Below, in pieces: positions 53,724 through 58,386 of a stretch of 58,386 nt of DNA. The notes under the pieces are model-generated. The model worked only from the letters and a program-made list of their open reading frames with translations. It searched no databases and had not been told where the DNA came from. A program made the position numbers and the translations under genes. Each line of letters begins with the position of its first letter. Positions within the stretch are counted from its first letter, which is position 1. Source of the DNA: a bacterium (GTDB taxonomy: Bacteria; Actinomycetota; Acidimicrobiia; Spongiisociales; ZC4RG35); contig JAHEIN010000002.1 of the NCBI GenBank assembly GCA_024639335.1, positions 13,630-72,015 of the forward strand, written 5' to 3'.

Positions 53724-54734
53724 TCAGGTCATCGGGAACGGTGATTGCACCCACCAGGGTAGGTTGGAGGTGCGAACGCTCACGACCCACTTGACCCACC
53801 AGTAGCCGCGGCGGCCCGGAGCGACGATTCTCGCAGGGAAGCCGTGGCCCGCAGTGAGTGGTTCGCCGTCGATCTGGGTCACCAGCCACAGACGGTCGAG
53901 GTCGCGAGTCGGAAACCGTCGGGAGTATCCCGTCGCCGAGCGAACCTCGATGCTGCGTCGCTCTCGTGAGTCGATCAACCTGTCCAGGCGAACCCCTTCC
54001 CACCGCTGCCCGGAGAACCAGCCGCTGGTGCAATCGAGGACCGCAACGATGGCCTCGAGGCCGGCATCTTCGATCTCGGCCAGATCGATCTGCGCCTCGT
54101 CGAGATCGAGCCGCCATTCGTCACCGTCGATGCGCTGGACGCGATCGTCGAACCATTGGGTCACGGGCATGCCGCCTTGGTCGAACGAAGAGCGTTCGTG
54201 CGACCCGGTGAATCTCCGATCGGCGCCGTCCGCGTCCGCAACGGCCAAGGTCTTCTCCCATCCTCCCCAGAGGACGGTGGCGAGCCCGGTGAGCCCGACG
54301 GCGCGCAGGAAGTCACGGCGGCTGAAGTCGCCGGCTTCCGCTCTCACCGGATGGGAGCGGTAGTGGAGGCCCAGCAGGGCCAGCGAGGCCAACCCGCCGC
54401 CTACGTGGATCTGCATGACGGTGAGCGGGCCGATCCGGTCGGTGAGGTCCGCAGCGTGGACCAAGCCAGAAACGAGTGTCGTCGTGATGAGACCGAGCAG
54501 CGCGTACGAAGTCCACCGTGCCGGCCGTTTGTGGCGTATCCCGCTCCGGACGACCAGGGACTTCCAGGGTGCCGTCGCAGTGACTGCGAACGCGACAACG
54601 CCGTGAATCGCAGCCGGGTCGATCGGCCAGTCGTTGCCGATGGTGTTGGAGAAGAGCCCTGTGAGTACGGCAGACGGAACGAGTACCAACAGTGCGACAT
54701 TCGCGCGCCGGCGTTTCTGTCGGTCCGTGGTCAC
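53724..54734 (-). CDS. Membrane-anchored molybdopterin-dependent oxidoreductase (sulfite-oxidase/MsrP-like fold fused to an N-terminal polytopic domain)
   Basis: 336 aa. About 4-5 N-terminal TM helices with conserved-looking His residues, followed by GFPARIVAPGRRGYWWVKWV. Confidence 0.8.
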   Translation of the reverse strand: MTTDRQKRRRANVALLVLVPSAVLTGLFSNTIGNDWPIDPAAIHGVVAFAVTATAPWKSLVVRSGIRHKRPARWTSYALLGLITTTLVSGLVHAADLTDRIGPLTVMQIHVGGGLASLALLGLHYRSHPVRAEAGDFSRRDFLRAVGLTGLATVLWGGWEKTLAVADADGADRRFTGSHERSSFDQGGMPVTQWFDDRVQRIDGDEWRLDLDEAQIDLAEIEDAGLEAIVAVLDCTSGWFSGQRWEGVRLDRLIDSRERRSIEVRSATGYSRRFPTRDLDRLWLVTQIDGEPLTAGHGFPARIVAPGRRGYWWVKWVVSVRTSNLPWWVQSPFPMT

Positions 54735-54793
54735 GACACGAGCGTATCGTCCGGCGGTCCGGAGGTCCGTGCGCCGTGGGTACGCTCTTTCGG

Positions 54794-54994
54794 ATGGCGT
54801 ATCGATGTGTGCATTGTGGGAACCGGACCAGGTTCGACGTGGTCGATGCGGTCCGCCGCAAACAGTTCCACCACTTCACTCTCGGCGGCGAGCTGGACGT
54901 CGAGTCGGAGGAGATCCTCGAACAGGAGATCGAGTCGATCACGTGCCACTGGTGTGATCGCTCCGATGGGATCGAGGAGTACTCGATCGAGTAG
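54794..54994 (+). CDS. Small zinc-ribbon protein (hypothetical)
   Basis: 66 aa from MAYRCVHCGNRTRF...CHWCDR (two CxxC pairs). The listed ORF begins at 54692. Confidence 0.55.
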   Translation: MAYRCVHCGNRTRFDVVDAVRRKQFHHFTLGGELDVESEEILEQEIESITCHWCDRSDGIEEYSIE

Positions 54995-55026
54995 AGAGCG
55001 CAATCCGGTCTTGTCCGACCCGACCG

Positions 55027-55578
55027 TCAGTCCTTCGGTGGTGTGTCCCAGTCCTTGACGTCCTTGCCGGCTTCTCGGCTGAGGATGTCGAGAGCGGCTT
55101 TGGCGCCGTCACCGGCCGAGATGATCGCCTGGCTGCGAGCAGGTCTGGCGCTTCGTCCGATCACATAGACCCGGGGCTCAGAGCTACGTCTTTCGTTGTC
55201 GACCAAGATCGCACCCTCATCCTCATCGAGCCCGAGCGAGCGTCCGAGTTCGGGGTTCTTGCCTTCGGACAGGATCAGGTAGTCGGCCTCGATGGTCTGA
55301 CCCGACTCGAGCGTTGCGGTGACGCCTTCACGGTCTGCGCTCACGGCGGTCACTGTGACATCGTGGATACTGGCGCCGGCCGAGGTCGCTTGTGCCCGGG
55401 CCTTCGCTTGGAAGTCCGTTCCAGAGATCTCGTCGATGCCGAGATAGTTGTAGAGGTAGGCATGGTTCATCGCGGTCTCGTTCTGGCCGTACACGTGGGC
55501 CTCGGCTCCGTTCTTGGCCAGGAACAGTGCAGCACTCAGCCCTCCCGGGCCGTCTCCGATCACGATCGTGTTACTCAT
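55027..55578 (-). CDS. Short FAD/NAD(P)-binding oxidoreductase (thioredoxin-reductase-like fold, ~183 aa)
   Basis: MSNTIVIGDGPGGLSAALFLAKNG preceded by AAAGGAGAA. C-terminal GDG motif region (IISAGDGAKAALD). Confidence 0.75.
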   Translation of the reverse strand: MSNTIVIGDGPGGLSAALFLAKNGAEAHVYGQNETAMNHAYLYNYLGIDEISGTDFQAKARAQATSAGASIHDVTVTAVSADREGVTATLESGQTIEADYLILSEGKNPELGRSLGLDEDEGAILVDNERRSSEPRVYVIGRSARPARSQAIISAGDGAKAALDILSREAGKDVKDWDTPPKD

Positions 55579-55741
55579 GATTCTCCTTTGTGGGGGGGTG
55601 TGAGGCCACGCACCGTTGCGCGAGTTCACGTTCCGAACGGCGGACGCCAAGGGTGGTGTGCGACGTGTCGACGCCGATCCTATCCGCCGCGTTTGGGTAT
55701 CAGGATCGGAGCTGACAAGTACGTCACACGCTGGACCGGTC

Positions 55742-55761
55742 CTTGGCGCTCGAACGCCAAG
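55742..55761. promoter_or_regulatory. Inverted repeat CTTGGCG-N6-CGCCAAG (candidate operator) in a 274-nt divergent intergenic region
   Basis: Read directly. Additional half-site copies: CGCCAAG at 55645-55651 and CTTGGC at 55785-55790. Confidence 0.25.
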
Positions 55762-55852
55762 CTGGTCTAGACAGTTTGTCACGCCTTGGCCTACCCACAC
55801 AGGCACGGTTGGCTTTGTCTTGTTAGCGTGCGGTTTGACGAAGGAGTCAAAC

Positions 55853-56155
55853 ATGTCGCTTGCACAGGCCAAACGTGCCTTGGAGTCCGAACGGGCTTCG
55901 CTTCAGAGTCAGATCGACCAGATCGACGCTGCCCTTGCGGCGCTCGGCGGATCGTCGAGCGATTCCAAACCGCGCTCGACTCGACAGCGCAAGAGCGCAA
56001 GTCGGGGCAAGACCTCCAGGGCAGACTTGACTCAGGAAGAAGCTCTCGAACGCTACGGAGCCGAGGCGCTCACCTGTCCCGAATGCGGCAAGATCTCCCG
56101 AGCGCCGCAGGGGATGAAGGCCCATCTGCGGTCGCACGCGCCTGCGAGTTCCTGA
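55853..56155 (+). CDS. Hypothetical protein: coiled-coil N-terminus, basic linker, C-terminal C2H2-type zinc-finger-like motif
   Basis: 100 aa from MSLAQAKRALESE, with GAAGGAG 7 nt upstream. Contains CPECGKISRAPQGMKAHLRSH, i.e. C-x2-C-x12-H-x3-H. Confidence 0.6.
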   Translation: MSLAQAKRALESERASLQSQIDQIDAALAALGGSSSDSKPRSTRQRKSASRGKTSRADLTQEEALERYGAEALTCPECGKISRAPQGMKAHLRSHAPASS

Positions 56156-56284
56156 GAGGCTGAAGAGCTCGACCCATGTCGGGCACGCATCACCCGGCAC
56201 ACATCAGCCCGTTTGCTCGCCCACTATTGTGGTGCAAGCAAGGGCCGGGCTGGCTCACGGGGCAAACGACGCGAAAAGAGACCC

Positions 56285-57052
56285 ATGATGCGGACCTCCA
56301 ACATCGTGCGAATCCTATGTGCATCGGCATTGGTGCTCACCGCATGTGGGGGTGGTGAACCCACGAGTACACCGGCGCCCGTTGCCGGTGAAGAAGACTC
56401 AGCGTCCGTTGCTGCGACTGTGCCCGAAACCACAGTCGCGGAATCTGAAATGTCCGAGGAGACGCAGCCGATCGACGAGCCGACAGGCGACGTCGTCGAT
56501 GGCTCCGGAGTCGACTGGGCCACGGTCGACCTCACCACGATCGACTGGGCGAACATCGACATGGCAACGCTCGACTTCCAAGCGATTCAGAACAATCCGA
56601 CAGCCGCCGACCTCACTCAGGAGACCCAGGAGCTGATCGCCTCTCGCTTGGATCCTGGTAGCGCCACCTTGGCGATCGGCGACCAGACCTGGGAGTTCGA
56701 GTCGTTCTTGTGCGCCTTTGGCCATGACGCGACTCAGAGCGCCGTCTACTCCTTCAGTTCCGATACCCGGGGCGAGCACGAGGGTGCTGCGGTCCAGATG
56801 CAGGCCAACATCCGTGACGAGACCGGTGAGGGACGGTACGAAGGTGATGGTCTCACCCATGAGGTCTACATAAAGGACATCAGTGACTTCGAGAATCCGT
56901 CGATCTCACTCGACCTGAACGCTCCGGTGGGAATCGTCATCGACGGCAACACGGTAACCGCCGAAGGTCTTTTCGACGACGGGCTGACGCCAGAGACCGA
57001 AGAGATTCCTGGAACGCTGGAAGCAACCTGTGCGACCACCAGCCGTCGGTGA
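56285..57052 (+). CDS. Acidic hypothetical lipoprotein
   Basis: MMRTSNIVRILCASALVLTACGG (signal peptide plus lipobox LTAC). No recognisable family. Contains an internal DW-A-x-(V/I)D repeat. Confidence 0.65.
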   Translation: MMRTSNIVRILCASALVLTACGGGEPTSTPAPVAGEEDSASVAATVPETTVAESEMSEETQPIDEPTGDVVDGSGVDWATVDLTTIDWANIDMATLDFQAIQNNPTAADLTQETQELIASRLDPGSATLAIGDQTWEFESFLCAFGHDATQSAVYSFSSDTRGEHEGAAVQMQANIRDETGEGRYEGDGLTHEVYIKDISDFENPSISLDLNAPVGIVIDGNTVTAEGLFDDGLTPETEEIPGTLEATCATTSRR

Positions 57053-57387
57053 GGTCAGCGAGCGCCGGCGGGAGTCGCTGGAGCCGGCTGCACCGGCTAC
57101 GTCAGTGGGTTCAGCCCCAGTGCCACTGCGCCGCTGAATCGGGTCTGCTTCGCTCGGGGCAGCGGATGGAACAGACAGCCGTTGACGTTGCGGTGGCAGC
57201 CGCGATGGAGCTGAGCGCGATCGCTCCGGCCGTTGCCGCCGTGCGCTGAAACGCCGGCGGCTCGGTTCGTTCTGGCCGCCCTGCCTGCGTTCAAGCCCGA
57301 GGGTCTCGAGGTCGCTGGCGCTGGAGCCGGCTCCTGTCGCCGCAGCAAGCAGTCACGCGTCCCGAGCACATTCACCGGAGGGGGAGG

Positions 57388-57936
57388 TCAGTGGTGGTGG
57401 CCGAGGATGATCTCGTACGTCTCTGCTTCGTTGGTGGCGTCGCCGGATGGCTTGAAACCGTTGTTCAGGAGGACGCGAGCGGAAGCGTCGTTGTCTCTAG
57501 CGACTCCACCCGAGATCGATCTGATGGAAGGCTCTGCGGACGCCCAGTCGACCAGTCCCTGGACGAGCTCGCTGGCGAGGCCCTTTCCCCATGCCGATTC
57601 GGCGAGCACATATCCGAGCCGTACATCGATGCGGTCGGGGTCCTGCTGGGAGGCACTCTCGAAGAGGATGAGGAGACCGACGGCCTTGGAGTCGTCTCTC
57701 GTGACCACGAGCATCGTGGGTGACTCGGCATCCCTCGCCTCCACCCACCGTTTGGCGCGCTGGTCGTCGAAATCACCTTGCCACTCGGGAGGCAACGCTG
57801 CCGTTGTGATGCGTGTGAGGACGCTGCAAATCGCATCGATCAGGTCGAGCCCGTACCGATGAGACATCCGGTGCCAATCGCCGACCACCAATCGGGCAGT
57901 CGCATACGCGCACTGCTGCGTCGTCTCGTGCGTCAT
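57388..57936 (-). CDS. GNAT-family N-acetyltransferase
   Basis: 182 aa from MTHETTQQ. AESAWGKGLASELV matches the acetyl-CoA-binding R/Q-x-x-G-x-G/A region. Confidence 0.8.
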   Translation of the reverse strand: MTHETTQQCAYATARLVVGDWHRMSHRYGLDLIDAICSVLTRITTAALPPEWQGDFDDQRAKRWVEARDAESPTMLVVTRDDSKAVGLLILFESASQQDPDRIDVRLGYVLAESAWGKGLASELVQGLVDWASAEPSIRSISGGVARDNDASARVLLNNGFKPSGDATNEAETYEIILGHHH

Positions 57937-58060
57937 ACTTCGAGACTGGCATCCTGCGCCAACCCTGTCCACTGCCAAAGCCGGTCGGGCATCATTGGTC
58001 ACGAATGTCGAAATCATCCGGCGTGTTCGTCGGAGAGTGAGTCGAAATGGAGGGACCATC

Positions 58061-58386
58061 ATGAAGCCAACCATCGGGACGCCTGAAGATTGGCGAGCCG
58101 CTCGACTGAACCTGCTGGAGCGTGAGAAGCAGCTCACCCGGTTGCGGGACGAGGTCGCCGCCGAACGTCGGCGCCTGCCGTGGGTTCCGGTCGAGACCGA
58201 GTACGTCTTCGACACCCTCGACGGCCCGCGTTCGCTGGCCGAGCTGTTCGACGGTCGGTCGCAGCTTGTCATCTATCACTTCATGATGGGTCCGGATTGG
58301 GAGGAAGGCTGCCCGTCGTGCTCGTTCTGGTCCGACACCTACAACGGGCTCGATGTTCACCTCGCAGCCAGGGATGTCACGTTCCT
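58061..58386 (+). CDS. DUF899-family thioredoxin-like protein (3' end runs off the window)
   Basis: ATG 58061 after GGAGGGA. Contains MKPTIGTPEDWRAARLNLLEREKQLTRLRDEV...EGCPSCSFWSD. No stop before the window end, so it is absent from the ORF track. Confidence 0.8.
   Translation, partial: MKPTIGTPEDWRAARLNLLEREKQLTRLRDEVAAERRRLPWVPVETEYVFDTLDGPRSLAELFDGRSQLVIYHFMMGPDWEEGCPSCSFWSDTYNGLDVHLAARDVTF

Noticed and set aside
57110-57135. GCCACTG string resembling the B12-box core of cobalamin riboswitches
   Set aside because: The other conserved riboswitch elements (a GGGAA-type region, and paired CCGGTG...CCGG helices in the correct order and strand) are not present, and no plausible regulated gene lies downstream.
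57097-57375. 92-aa minus-strand ORF downstream of the GNAT gene
   Set aside because: The sequence is low-complexity and Arg/Ala/Gly-rich, with no RBS and no family resemblance. I left it as an unassigned region instead.

Overview
This is a 58.4-kb, visibly GC-rich segment with an Actinomycetota-like coding style: GTG/TTG starts, many 4-nt ATGA/GTGA stop-start overlaps, and long Arg/Pro-rich shadow ORFs on the opposite strand. The taxon cannot be confirmed from the sequence alone. I call about 55 protein genes, almost all organised in tight catabolic or oxidoreductase operons:

- An 8-gene minus-strand CoA-dependent operon (3-9202).
- An acyl-CoA dehydrogenase / hot-dog hydratase / TPP-enzyme operon (9432-13996).
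- A hydroxy-acid oxidation cluster (14445-18622).
- LigAB-type extradiol dioxygenase genes with two enolase-superfamily genes (21699-26002).
- A fused 2Fe-2S/molybdopterin hydroxylase cluster (26028-32059).
- An HMGL-like / M24 / PEP-utilising trio (32158-36330).
- A Liv-type ABC transporter plus asparaginase (47777-53707).

I saw no rRNA, tRNA, CRISPR array, transposase, integrase or phage gene.

The most interesting signal is that two thiol-oxidoreductase genes are interrupted by an in-frame TGA exactly where the family's redox-active Cys belongs. One is a peroxiredoxin-like gene (W-[TGA]-P-W-C at 19687-19689). The other is an AhpD/CMD-like gene (C-N-Y-[TGA] at 39403-39405). In both, the homologous reading frame continues past the TGA, and a hairpin places its apical loop about 20 nt downstream, as a bacterial SECIS element would. 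I interpret both as candidate selenoproteins. The AhpD-like one lies in an apparent operon with a Cys-less paralog and a cytoplasmic BisC-type molybdenum S-/N-oxide reductase, which suggests a selenol-based reductant relay. No Sec-incorporation genes (selA/B/C/D) are visible in this window, so the claim needs genome-level confirmation.
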